From Patescibacteria group bacterium (GTDB taxonomy: Bacteria > Patescibacteriota > Microgenomatia > UBA12405), in assembly GCA_023380755.1 (NCBI GenBank), contig JAMCSD010000003.1, positions 9,341 to 73,340 on the forward strand: a stretch of 64,000 bases of DNA, written 5' to 3'. Within the stretch, counting starts at the first letter, position 1, and each line of letters opens with the position of its first letter. This document shows positions 9,812-18,315 of this stretch, one piece after another. Under the pieces are notes generated by a model. It worked only from the letters and a program-made list of their open reading frames with translations. It did no database searches and had not been told where the DNA came from. The position numbers and the translations under genes are program-made.

Positions 9812-11213
9812 TGTCGTTTACCTTCCAGGTATCAGAAATCGAAGCGGGGCCGAAGGCAGCAATATCCCACAAAGGATTACCTAAAGGCTGGCAATCCATT
9901 TGAAAGGGTTCACAAACGACGAATAACTGCTGGGTTTTTTGTTCATTAAGAGTAAAAAGCGGGGCCTTTTTTAGTGACAAAAAATAGCGATAAGGCGGGT
10001 CGTAATTTTGTTTAGCCAGAAGGGCTAAATTGAAAGGCTGTTGGCGACTGTGGTCTAAAATCAATTGATCAATTTTTTCGACTGTCGCCATCTGAGAATT
10101 GGGCGGATAACGAAGAGGGTTTTCTTTAAGAAAAAAGAAGGTAGTAACAGCCAAGAGCATCCAACCGAGATATTTAAATTCATAAATTGTGACTGCTAGT
10201 AAGATTAAGGTGGGAACAAAAAGAAAAGCAAAATAATGGTCATAAATATGCTGCTTATAAAGACTCAGGCCAAAAACTCCAAAAAATAACCAGAGAACTA
10301 TTAAAAATAACGGGGATAATTTTAGATTTTTCCTGAAGAAACTATAAATTACGCCCAGAATAAAGATGGCAGTTAAGACATTACCCCAAAGAAGATCCTT
10401 ACCCGCAGCCACCCGGGTAATAATTTGGTTAAGCAAAGGAAGTATTTGCGGAATGGCTTTGTAAGGCTTGAGGTTGACGGTAGTTTGACGAACAGAAAAG
10501 AAAGCAATTATAGCTCTGATGTTTTGTCCATGATGTTTCAGGTCAAAAAATACCTGAGGAAGAAGTGACAAGAGAAATAGACCACAGGCCAGGAGAAAAT
10601 AATACCAAAATCGAGAGGAGCTGGGGCGGCGGAAGAAGAAAAGGGCTACTGGTAGGGGTAAAAGCAAAAGGGCTAAATAATGAGAGTTAAGGCAAAAAAT
10701 GAAAGCAATGCTAGCTAAAACCAGATAAGAATATTTCTTTTCAAAGAAAACCTCAAACAGTGAGAAAACAAAAAGCAATGAGAAAAATGGCATGATATTC
10801 GGGTTCCAAGAAAAGCTGGTGTATTTGATGACAACCGGGGAAGCGGCAAAGAGAAAGGCAGATGTTAAGGCGATGGATTCGGGAAAAATTTTTTTTAGAA
10901 AATACCATAATAGCCAAGAGGTAGCAATTCCAAAAACCGCGACCAGAATGCTTGGGCCAATAGGGTTGAAATTGGAGAGAAGCAGAGCTGGAGCAATCAG
11001 GTAGTAATACCAGGGGCCAAGATACATATTACCGATCGATGTTTGGGGGCCGATGCCCATCAGATGACCCTGAGTAAGGAAAGAACGGACAATAACCGCG
11101 TCACGGCCCTGGTCACCTAAGAACTCCATGTAGTCCCCGATTCGATAGAGGCGGAAGAAGGCGGAAAAAGCCAGGACGAGGATAATGGGTAAAAATGGTT
11201 TTATTTGTTTCAC
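9732..11213 (-). CDS. GT-C membrane glycosyltransferase (GT39-like) with Pro/Thr-rich C-terminal tail
   Basis: 493 aa and polytopic, with the GDQGRDA first-loop motif that is paralogous to 7131-8633. A C-terminal soluble domain ends in LAAPTPTPPTPPSPTK. There is a 4-nt overlap with the upstream GT2 gene. Confidence 0.6.
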   Translation of the reverse strand: MKQIKPFLPIILVLAFSAFFRLYRIGDYMEFLGDQGRDAVIVRSFLTQGHLMGIGPQTSIGNMYLGPWYYYLIAPALLLSNFNPIGPSILVAVFGIATSWLLWYFLKKIFPESIALTSAFLFAASPVVIKYTSFSWNPNIMPFFSLLFVFSLFEVFFEKKYSYLVLASIAFIFCLNSHYLALLLLPLPVALFFFRRPSSSRFWYYFLLACGLFLLSLLPQVFFDLKHHGQNIRAIIAFFSVRQTTVNLKPYKAIPQILPLLNQIITRVAAGKDLLWGNVLTAIFILGVIYSFFRKNLKLSPLFLIVLWLFFGVFGLSLYKQHIYDHYFAFLFVPTLILLAVTIYEFKYLGWMLLAVTTFFFLKENPLRYPPNSQMATVEKIDQLILDHSRQQPFNLALLAKQNYDPPYRYFLSLKKAPLFTLNEQKTQQLFVVCEPFQMDCQPLGNPLWDIAAFGPASISDTWKVNDITIFRLVPKTLAAPTPTPPTPPSPTK

Positions 11214-11920
11214 AAATTATCGAGTTTCTTTTTAAGCGAAAATAAATCCCTGAGACCTGAAAGGATAACATTAAGTTTAGCGCCGGTAGCAATTCCGGCT
11301 CGCCGGGGATAGTGGTGGACTCCAACTTCAACAATTTTAAACCCGGCCTTTTTGGCTTTAATCAGGAACTCGCTATTGATGAAAGGTCCCCTTTCAGCCT
11401 CTAAGCGAGGGATGGTGTCAGGAACTACTTTGTTAATTAATTTAAAGCCGCAATCAATGTCTCTAACCCGGAGACCGAAGAGAGCCAAAACAGCTAGCTG
11501 CCAAAGAGTCGAACCAAAGATCCGATAAATAGGCACCTGACGTTTGAGGTAGTAACCAATCACTAAATCTGCCCCAGTTTGTTTTTGGGTGCTGATTAAG
11601 ACTGAAATCTCAGAAAAATCAAATTGTCCGTCAGCATCGGTAAAAGCGATCCATCCGTAGCGGGCGGCATAAAGGCCACTTTTAAAAGCAGCGCCATAAC
11701 CACGATTAACCGGATGGTTAATCACCTTAATGTATGGCCGATAAAGCCTGGCCAAGTCGTTGATAATAGCTAGACTGTTATCTTTGGAGCCATCGTTAAC
11801 AATAATTATTTCCCATTTTTCGGCTGTTTTTTTAATAATCGGGATTGCCGTCTCCACCGTTTGGCGGATATTCGCTTCTTCGTTATATACGGGAAAAAAA
11901 ACAGACAACTCGCGCAACAT
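11210..11920 (-). CDS. GT2 polyprenyl-phosphate sugar synthase-like glycosyltransferase (ArnC/GtrB/DPM1 type)
   Basis: Motifs LSVFFPVYNEEANI, IVNDGSKDNS and TDADGQ (DxD) are present. The size is 236 aa. It is the first gene of the operon that continues into a GT-C gene. Confidence 0.7.
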   Translation of the reverse strand: MLRELSVFFPVYNEEANIRQTVETAIPIIKKTAEKWEIIIVNDGSKDNSLAIINDLARLYRPYIKVINHPVNRGYGAAFKSGLYAARYGWIAFTDADGQFDFSEISVLISTQKQTGADLVIGYYLKRQVPIYRIFGSTLWQLAVLALFGLRVRDIDCGFKLINKVVPDTIPRLEAERGPFINSEFLIKAKKAGFKIVEVGVHHYPRRAGIATGAKLNVILSGLRDLFSLKKKLDNL

Positions 11921-11948
11921 AAACGGTTAATTATAACCAAAGATTCGA

Positions 11949-11977
11949 TTGACAAACAAGGATAAATTCAGTATAAT
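11949..11977 (+). promoter_or_regulatory. consensus sigma70-type promoter for the surface protein gene
   Basis: TTGACA (11949-11954), an exactly 17-nt spacer, then TATAAT (11972-11977). The ATG at 12005 follows a leader of about 20 nt with no obvious Shine-Dalgarno. Confidence 0.6.
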
Positions 11978-12004
11978 AACCTGTAATATTATTTATACGT
12001 AAGT

Positions 12005-12619
12005 ATGGCCAAAGGTTATAGAGTTTTAATCTTATTGTTATCCGGATTAATTGCCGGGACATTAGGGTATATATTCTCTACGAAAGCAGCTTTAGCACAA
12101 TATTATGCTATCAGTCCGCAAAACGCCTCCTTAATGGTTGAGAAAAAGGTCAGAAGCTTATCCATGGACCAGTATTATCATAACATCGCCGCTTCGACCT
12201 ATACTTTTCAAGAAGATTCGTTAATTGAATTTCAGATCTTAGTGAAGAATAATGGCAACGTGGATGTAAACAATATCAATGTCCGGGATTTTCTCCCTCA
12301 TCACCTATCACTTCTTTTTTATCCAGGGAGCCTTAATGGCCAAGAAATAGATTGGAATATTGACCATCTAAGCCCGAACGAATCAAAGGTATTTGTGATC
12401 CGGGCTAAAGTTAAAATTGATGCTAATCCTATTGGGAAGCAGATAAATAAGGCAACGGCGACGAGCAACAACTTAAGTGATACCGATACGGCCACCTATT
12501 ACATTGGTAAGCCCACTGTTCCGGTTACCGGTGACGATAGTCTGCTGATCAAATCAGTGGTCATGATTACTTTCATTGGCAGTGGAGTTACCCTCAGAAA
12601 ACTGGCCAGAGGCTACTAA
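12005..12619 (+). CDS. secreted surface protein with DUF11-like repeat domain and C-terminal sortase sorting signal
   Basis: It has an N-terminal TM/signal helix. The central region (IEFQILVKNNGNVDVNNINVRDFLPHHL) resembles the conserved repeat (DUF11) fold. The C-terminus PTVPVTGDDS, followed by the hydrophobic LLIKSVVMITFIGSGVTL and the basic RKLARGY, forms an LPXTG-like tripartite signal. Confidence 0.6.
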   Translation: MAKGYRVLILLLSGLIAGTLGYIFSTKAALAQYYAISPQNASLMVEKKVRSLSMDQYYHNIAASTYTFQEDSLIEFQILVKNNGNVDVNNINVRDFLPHHLSLLFYPGSLNGQEIDWNIDHLSPNESKVFVIRAKVKIDANPIGKQINKATATSNNLSDTDTATYYIGKPTVPVTGDDSLLIKSVVMITFIGSGVTLRKLARGY

Positions 12620-12621
12620 AA

Positions 12622-13755
12622 TCATTGGAGATGAAGATAAAGGGTCATCTTGCCATCGGAATGGAATAATTTGACGTGATTGCCGAGGCTGGAATCGCCG
12701 CGGAAAAAATAAGCTTCACCATCATCAACAGCATAAACTGTTTTATTGGTGGAGACCATATCGATACCGTGATGGAAATGATCAGAATAGAGGTATGAAT
12801 ATTTAGTGTTGCCACGGCATTGGGTAATGCTGCCACCTTCATGACAAGAGGTAAAAAAATCTGAGGGTAGGTCGAGATCATCCATAGGAAGGCGGTGGTT
12901 CTTCAAATAATCGAAGGAGCTAATATCGTTGGTATAACTCCAGTCAGCCAGGTTTTCTTCGCGAAGGTTATATAAACCAAAATGAAGGTGATCGCCAAAG
13001 GAATAGCCTGAGTTGCCCATCAGGCCTAAGGCTTCCCCTTTTTTGACAAACCTTTTACCGACGAATTTGGCCCTTAAGAGAGCACTTAACTCATTTTCGG
13101 CTTGGGCTTTGAGAGCCTGGTACTTCTTTTCGTCATTTTTGGTTAGTTGTAAGAGAGTAGTCTTGGAGAGTTTTTGGCGGTCAAGGTTTTTTTGCTGTTC
13201 AGAAAGATTAGATTGGAGATCAGTTAATTCCTGTTGTTTTTTAACTTTGGCCTCTTTTTGTAAATCATAGTTAGTCCGGACAGTTTCCATTTCCAATAGC
13301 GTATTCCGATTATTTTGTTGTAATTTGGAAATATATTTATAGTTTTCGTAGAAATCATTAAAACCGGTAGTAGATATTAACAACAGAATGGGAGGTTTTT
13401 TTTGGAGTTTATAATTCTCAGCTACCCGCTGGATAAAGATATTCGAAATTTGGTTGAGGGAGATATCGAGTTTACCGATCTGTTCAGTTAAAATGGAGAT
13501 ATCCTTTTTAAGGGTATTTATGGCTATTTCAGTTTGAGAAATTTTAAGAATCGTGAGATCAATTTGGGAATTGAGGATAGAGATTTGATTGGCTAAAGTA
13601 TCTTTTGCCCGTGACAAAGCTTGGAGTTTTTGGTTATACTGATCGATTTGATTTTGAAGATTGGTAGTCGTGTCATCGGCTATGGCAGGAATAGCCAAAA
13701 GCAGCCATAAGATAATTAAAACCGGCAGAAAGAACTGTTTGTTTTTCTCATTCAT
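12622..13755 (-). CDS. coiled-coil M23/LytM-family peptidoglycan hydrolase (EnvC/PcsB-like partner of FtsEX) with permuted catalytic domain
   Basis: Signal/TM helix, then about 200 aa of heptad-rich Q/L/K/E sequence. Next comes VKKGEALGLMGNSGYSFGDHLHF, which is the C-terminal half of M23 including HxH. About 65 aa later, HHGIDMVSTNKTVYAVDDGEAYFFRGDSSLGNHVKLFHSDGKMTLYLHLQ-stop follows, which is the N-terminal half including HxxxD. The gene lies 3 nt downstream of ftsX. Confidence 0.75.
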   Translation of the reverse strand: MNEKNKQFFLPVLIILWLLLAIPAIADDTTTNLQNQIDQYNQKLQALSRAKDTLANQISILNSQIDLTILKISQTEIAINTLKKDISILTEQIGKLDISLNQISNIFIQRVAENYKLQKKPPILLLISTTGFNDFYENYKYISKLQQNNRNTLLEMETVRTNYDLQKEAKVKKQQELTDLQSNLSEQQKNLDRQKLSKTTLLQLTKNDEKKYQALKAQAENELSALLRAKFVGKRFVKKGEALGLMGNSGYSFGDHLHFGLYNLREENLADWSYTNDISSFDYLKNHRLPMDDLDLPSDFFTSCHEGGSITQCRGNTKYSYLYSDHFHHGIDMVSTNKTVYAVDDGEAYFFRGDSSLGNHVKLFHSDGKMTLYLHLQ

Positions 13756-13758
13756 TAT

Positions 13759-14631
13759 TTAGAATTTGATTAGACGTGACACGCCAACCCAACTGGCGAA
13801 TAAGCCCAAAAAGATGCCGGAGAGTAATTCAATGCCAATAGCCTTGGCGTAAAAAATAGGATTTAGGGTCAGGAAGGTGACAGGGTTGAAAAATTGATTG
13901 ATAGAATTTCGGGTAAAATAAAAGGCCGCTAAGCAAAAAGAGGAACCGAGGATGACCCCGATTAAGCCATAGAAAACTCCTTCTAACAAAAATGGCCGGC
14001 TGGTATACCACCCGGAAGCACCGAGTAAGCGGCTAATTTTGATCTCATCCTTACGTCCGGTGATTTTCATGGTAATGACCGTAAAAATGAATAAGAATGA
14101 AACTGAACCCAAGACGGCGAGAGTAACTAATCCCACCTTACGAATAGTGGAAGTCCAATTAAGAAGGGAGTCAATGACATCTTTTTGATAAACAATTTCA
14201 TCAACCACATCTTTACGATTACCAAAATTATTAGCTATATCCTGAAGAACCTTGGGTTCATAGGCCGAAACTTCAAAGGAGGCCGGCAAGATGCTGGCAC
14301 TAACCATTTCTAACAATAAGGGGTTGTCTTTATTTTGTTCACGATAAATGGCCAGGGCTTTGTCTTTGGAAATAAATTTGATTTCTTTGATATTGGGATA
14401 AGCCGCCAGTTCCTTTTGGACGTTTTCGACGGTATCTTTGTCTAGGCCGTCTTTAAGAAAAATGGTGATTTCCGGCTTGTTTTCAAAATAAGATAATACC
14501 TGGGACATGCCATTAGTAATGACGAAGAAAGCTGTGAAAACAAAAAAGCTGATAGTCATCATGATGATGGCTCCTAGACTTTGAAAGGGAGAGCGACGGA
14601 TGTGATGCCAGGTAGTCGAGGCGGTACTCAT
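13759..14631 (-). CDS. ftsX: cell division ABC transporter permease FtsX
   Basis: 290 aa. The topology is one TM helix, a large extracytoplasmic loop (PEITIFLKDG...IKFISKDKAL) and three C-terminal TM helices. There is a 4-nt overlap with ftsE. Confidence 0.85.
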   Translation of the reverse strand: MSTASTTWHHIRRSPFQSLGAIIMMTISFFVFTAFFVITNGMSQVLSYFENKPEITIFLKDGLDKDTVENVQKELAAYPNIKEIKFISKDKALAIYREQNKDNPLLLEMVSASILPASFEVSAYEPKVLQDIANNFGNRKDVVDEIVYQKDVIDSLLNWTSTIRKVGLVTLAVLGSVSFLFIFTVITMKITGRKDEIKISRLLGASGWYTSRPFLLEGVFYGLIGVILGSSFCLAAFYFTRNSINQFFNPVTFLTLNPIFYAKAIGIELLSGIFLGLFASWVGVSRLIKF

Positions 14632-15365
14632 TTTTTTACCTTCTTTTTCTTCTTTTTTGTAACTTTGGAAGTAACATTATCGGGGACAGCTTCACCTTTG
14701 GCAGGATGATCATCTTTTATTATGCCACCATTTTCAATGGTGATAATCCTTTTGTCCAGAGAATTGATAATGTCATAGTTGTGGGTAGTCATCAAAATAG
14801 TCGTGCCGTTGTTATTAATGTCTTTAAGAAGACGAATCAGGTTCCAAGAATTTTCGGGGTCAAGATTACCGGTTGGTTCGTCGGCTAAGATGAGTTTGGG
14901 CTTGATAGATAAGGCCCGGGCGAGAGCGGAACGTTGCAGTTCGCCCCCGGATAGTTGAGCGGGAAACAGGTGGCGGCGCTGCAGCAGACCAACCTGAGTT
15001 AAGACTTCTTCGATACGAACAGGACGTTCCTTGGATGGATAGTTAATTATATCCAATGCTAAGGAGATATTTTCTTCAACTGTTTTGTCGGGGATTAGTT
15101 GGTAATCTTGAAAAATAACTCCAATATTTTTACGGATTTTTTCCGCCCGGGGCCGGGTTTTATGGTTGATGTTAAATTCACCAACAGTTATTTCACCGGT
15201 TGATGGACGTATTTGATTAAGGATTAATTTTAAAATGGTTGATTTGCCTGCACCGGAAGGCCCAACTAAGAAAACAAATTCACCCTCGGTAATTTCAAAA
15301 TTGATTTCTTTGAGGGCGATAATCGGCCCATAGTGTTTCGATACCGCCGAGAAGACAATTTTCAT
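14628..15365 (-). CDS. ftsE: cell division ATP-binding protein FtsE with Lys-rich C-terminal tail
   Basis: Walker A GPSGAGKST, signature LSGGELQR and Walker B LILADEPTGNLD are present. An extra tail of about 30 aa ends in KKKKKKVKK. TAGAAT (complement of 15372-15377) lies 6 nt upstream of the ATG. Confidence 0.85.
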   Translation of the reverse strand: MKIVFSAVSKHYGPIIALKEINFEITEGEFVFLVGPSGAGKSTILKLILNQIRPSTGEITVGEFNINHKTRPRAEKIRKNIGVIFQDYQLIPDKTVEENISLALDIINYPSKERPVRIEEVLTQVGLLQRRHLFPAQLSGGELQRSALARALSIKPKLILADEPTGNLDPENSWNLIRLLKDINNNGTTILMTTHNYDIINSLDKRIITIENGGIIKDDHPAKGEAVPDNVTSKVTKKKKKKVKK

Positions 15366-15369
15366 AATG

Positions 15370-15846
15370 TTATTCTAAAACCTTGAGTTCACCGACGTCT
15401 AACAACCAGCCGGTTTTAGAAGAGGCTTGAGTCGCACCTTTGACTTCGACTTTCCGACCAATAAATAAATCGAGATCAATGGTTGAAGAAGTGAGTGAGG
15501 CCCGTTGGCTGGGGCCGCCATCCCGAACTAAAATATGAGTGCCGACACCGTTAATATCGCCTTTCTCCACCACTCCGGTGGCAGTGTCAGTAAAATCCTT
15601 GGCACTATCACCAAAGACTTGGCCGACCTTGATAGAAGTTTTGTCGGTAATTGAGTCCGAGGAGAGGGGGTGGGCATTAGCGATGGAATCAGCGGTGGTG
15701 TTAGTGGAAGAGACAGAACCCTTTTTTAGTTTGTTAGCAACAAAACCTAAACCAATGGCTAAAACAGCAATAATGATTAGTAAGGGAAAAGAAAATGAGG
15801 AAGAATGATTGTCAGTTTCGGCTTGACTAAGGTTTGGTATATCCAT
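15370..15846 (-). CDS. hypothetical membrane-anchored protein
   Basis: 158-aa ORF with one TM helix (FPLLIIIAVLAIGLGFV) and a Ser/Thr-rich linker. TGT-TATACT (complement of 15853-15861) lies 6 nt upstream of the ATG. I recognised no motif. Confidence 0.55.
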   Translation of the reverse strand: MDIPNLSQAETDNHSSSFSFPLLIIIAVLAIGLGFVANKLKKGSVSSTNTTADSIANAHPLSSDSITDKTSIKVGQVFGDSAKDFTDTATGVVEKGDINGVGTHILVRDGGPSQRASLTSSTIDLDLFIGRKVEVKGATQASSKTGWLLDVGELKVLE

Positions 15847-15864
15847 AAAACCAGTATAACAAAT

Positions 15865-16848
15865 TTACTGTAAAACTTGAGCGAGGTAAGCCTTCAGTGA
15901 AGAGTAGTCTTTCTCGGTGGGGATAAACGCCCACTGGCGTTCTGTATAGACACCAGGATAATAGATTACCCCGGGTGATTTTTCATCTTTGATGGGCAAT
16001 TCATATTTTTGAAAGCTGATTTGACGGATAGAACGGTAATTATTCAAAGCCAAGGAGAGCAATGTTTCATCAGAAATATTGGTGGTAATTTCGGTTTTCC
16101 AGAACTGATAAAGTTTTTTGAATACTGACACGTTTTTAGAAGACTTTAGTTTATCGATTAAGGCCGCAATAACCAGCTGCTGCCTACGGATCCGGCCAAT
16201 ATCGGTTCCACCGGTATCGGGAGAGTCGGAGGCATGGCGCGAACGGACAAAATCAGTAACATTTGAGGCGTCGAGATGCACCCAGCCGGTTTTGAACTCG
16301 ACAGTTTTATATTTGGGTATATTGGCTGACGGTGAAGCGATATAGGCCGGATTGGGAAATTCATCGTCACGAAAACCCGTAGGAAGATATAGATCAAGAC
16401 CGCCGACAATGTTGAGTAAATCGCGGAGGGAACTAGTAGTGATGACGATATCATAATCAATTTTTTGGCCAGTAATATTAGAAAGTTCCCGGTTAATCGA
16501 CGATAAATAGTGAGGATCCTTTTGATCATCCTTAAAATAAGGGTAGAGGTTATTTATTTTTCGGTGGAACTGGTAATCCCAAAGATCACGAGGTAAAGAG
16601 ACGGTTTTGACGGTATCCTTACCTGATTGGAAGGAGACCAACATTATCGTGTCAGTCGTGGAAGTTTTTTCGAGAATATCATCACGGGGGTCTAAACCTA
16701 AAACTAAGAAATTCAAGTGAGGCGGAAGATCGTTTTTGTGACGGTATGCATTGAGAAATAAATTAAGCGGCGATCGGAAATAATAGGCGGTGCTACCAAG
16801 AATAATTACGACTAATAATAAAATCGCAAGAAGAACTTTTTTTATCAT
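15865..16848 (-). CDS. LytR-CpsA-Psr (LCP) family glycopolymer transferase
   Basis: N-terminal TM helix, then FLVLGLDPRDD...TDTIMLVSF...VSLPRDLW and RSRH motifs typical of LCP enzymes. The start abuts the prfB stop with no gap. Confidence 0.75.
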   Translation of the reverse strand: MIKKVLLAILLLVVIILGSTAYYFRSPLNLFLNAYRHKNDLPPHLNFLVLGLDPRDDILEKTSTTDTIMLVSFQSGKDTVKTVSLPRDLWDYQFHRKINNLYPYFKDDQKDPHYLSSINRELSNITGQKIDYDIVITTSSLRDLLNIVGGLDLYLPTGFRDDEFPNPAYIASPSANIPKYKTVEFKTGWVHLDASNVTDFVRSRHASDSPDTGGTDIGRIRRQQLVIAALIDKLKSSKNVSVFKKLYQFWKTEITTNISDETLLSLALNNYRSIRQISFQKYELPIKDEKSPGVIYYPGVYTERQWAFIPTEKDYSSLKAYLAQVLQ

Positions 16849-17937
16849 TTACAATTTTAATTCGGCGGTAATAAAATTATCAAGATTGCCATCTAAGACC
16901 CCGGTAGTATCAGAGGTTTCATAACGGGTGCGCAGGTCTTTAACCATTTTGTAAGGGTGGAGGACATAAGAACGAATTTGGTGACCCCAGCCGGCTAAAA
17001 CATTATCCCCTTTTAATAATTTTGTTTCGGTTGATTTTTCTTCCTGCTTTATGGCCCACAACTTGGCATAAAGCATATCCATGGCGACCAGACGATTTTG
17101 ATCTTGAGAGCGTTGGCTTTGGCAAGAAACGGTGATGCCAGTCGGTTTGTGGGTTAAGCGAACGGCAGTAGAAACCTTATTGACATTCTGGCCGCCGTGG
17201 CCACCAGAACGGAAGGCCGAGAATTCAATTTCTTCGGGTTTTATTTCGAGATCGGCATCATTTTCAAAGACTGGGGTGACTTCCACTTTGGCAAAAGATG
17301 TTTGGCGTAAGTTATCGGCGTTAAAGGGAGAAAGCCGTACGAGTCGATGAACCCCGCTTTCACGGCGAAGGAAACCATAAGCTTTGGAGCCACTAACCTT
17401 AAAATAAGCAGATTTAATACCAGCTTCGTCCCCCGGAGTACTATCTAACAACTCATAGCGCCATTTCATTTTTTCAAAATAGCGTTGATACATTCGCTGG
17501 AGCATCTCCGCCCAGTCCATCGCCTCGGTGCCACCCTGCCCGGCGTGTATCGAAAAAATAGCATCGTGATCATCGTATTTACCAGATAAATAAGTTAAGA
17601 GCTCTAGCTGGGAAATATTGGTATCAATTTGGTTTAGCTGGGCTGATAACTCGGCGGCCATATTGACATCAGGATTAGTTTCCAGGAGTTTTTCGAATTC
17701 CTTTACCGAAAGAAGTTCAGTTTCGATCGCGGAGATACGGTTTACCGAATCACGCAGACTGGTGAGTTTTTTCATTAGGTTTTGGGCATTTAGAGGGTTG
17801 TCCCACAAGTTAGGTTGTTCAGACTCGTGTTCTAAATCGGATAATTCTTTTAATAATTCCTCGTAATTCAGCTTATTCTTGATCTGGTGGAGTTTGTCGA
17901 TAAGAACAGCGCTATTGGTCATATTATCTTTTTTCAA
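16849..17937 (-). CDS. prfB: peptide chain release factor 2
   Basis: GGQ motif ([20 protein letters not shown]) and the RF2-specific SPF motif ([15 protein letters not shown]) are present. The 362-aa ORF is continuous, with no internal in-frame TGA frameshift site. Confidence 0.9.
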   Translation of the reverse strand: MKKDNMTNSAVLIDKLHQIKNKLNYEELLKELSDLEHESEQPNLWDNPLNAQNLMKKLTSLRDSVNRISAIETELLSVKEFEKLLETNPDVNMAAELSAQLNQIDTNISQLELLTYLSGKYDDHDAIFSIHAGQGGTEAMDWAEMLQRMYQRYFEKMKWRYELLDSTPGDEAGIKSAYFKVSGSKAYGFLRRESGVHRLVRLSPFNADNLRQTSFAKVEVTPVFENDADLEIKPEEIEFSAFRSGGHGGQNVNKVSTAVRLTHKPTGITVSCQSQRSQDQNRLVAMDMLYAKLWAIKQEEKSTETKLLKGDNVLAGWGHQIRSYVLHPYKMVKDLRTRYETSDTTGVLDGNLDNFITAELKL

Positions 17938-18295
17938 TGCTTTTAATAAGATCTTGGTATATTTGGGTAATAATTCCTTTTTTTATGGAAATAATTTGGT
18001 CATTAATGAATTGGGGTAAATTAGTGGTAGCTGTCGAAAACAGCTTCGTCGCTGAGGCGAGTTGTTGCTTTTGCTCCGGGGAAAGTCGGTCATAAAGGTT
18101 GCTACTGAGTGATGACATATTGGGAATAGAGGTAACGGTAGCACTTTCACCCAAAACCGTGGCAGGGTTAATGGGTGCTGATGGTTTCGTACTGAAAAAC
18201 TGGATAATGAAGTAACAAATAACTCCAAAAATTGACCAACGGATAAGATGGCCTAAGGTAATCGAAAACTCCTGATGATGAACCTTTCGGGACAC
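17924..18295 (-). CDS. hypothetical membrane-anchored protein
   Basis: 123-aa ORF starting at GTG, with one TM helix ([17 protein letters not shown]). I recognised no motif. Confidence 0.5.
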   Translation of the reverse strand: MSRKVHHQEFSITLGHLIRWSIFGVICYFIIQFFSTKPSAPINPATVLGESATVTSIPNMSSLSSNLYDRLSPEQKQQLASATKLFSTATTNLPQFINDQIISIKKGIITQIYQDLIKSIEKR

Positions 18296-18315
18296 AAGTT
18301 ATTTTAGCAAAATAC

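Noticed and set aside
16849-17937. Programmed +1 frameshift in prfB
   Set aside because: I looked for an early in-frame TGA with a CTT-TGA context. The ORF is continuous from the N-terminus through SPF and GGQ, so there is no frameshift.
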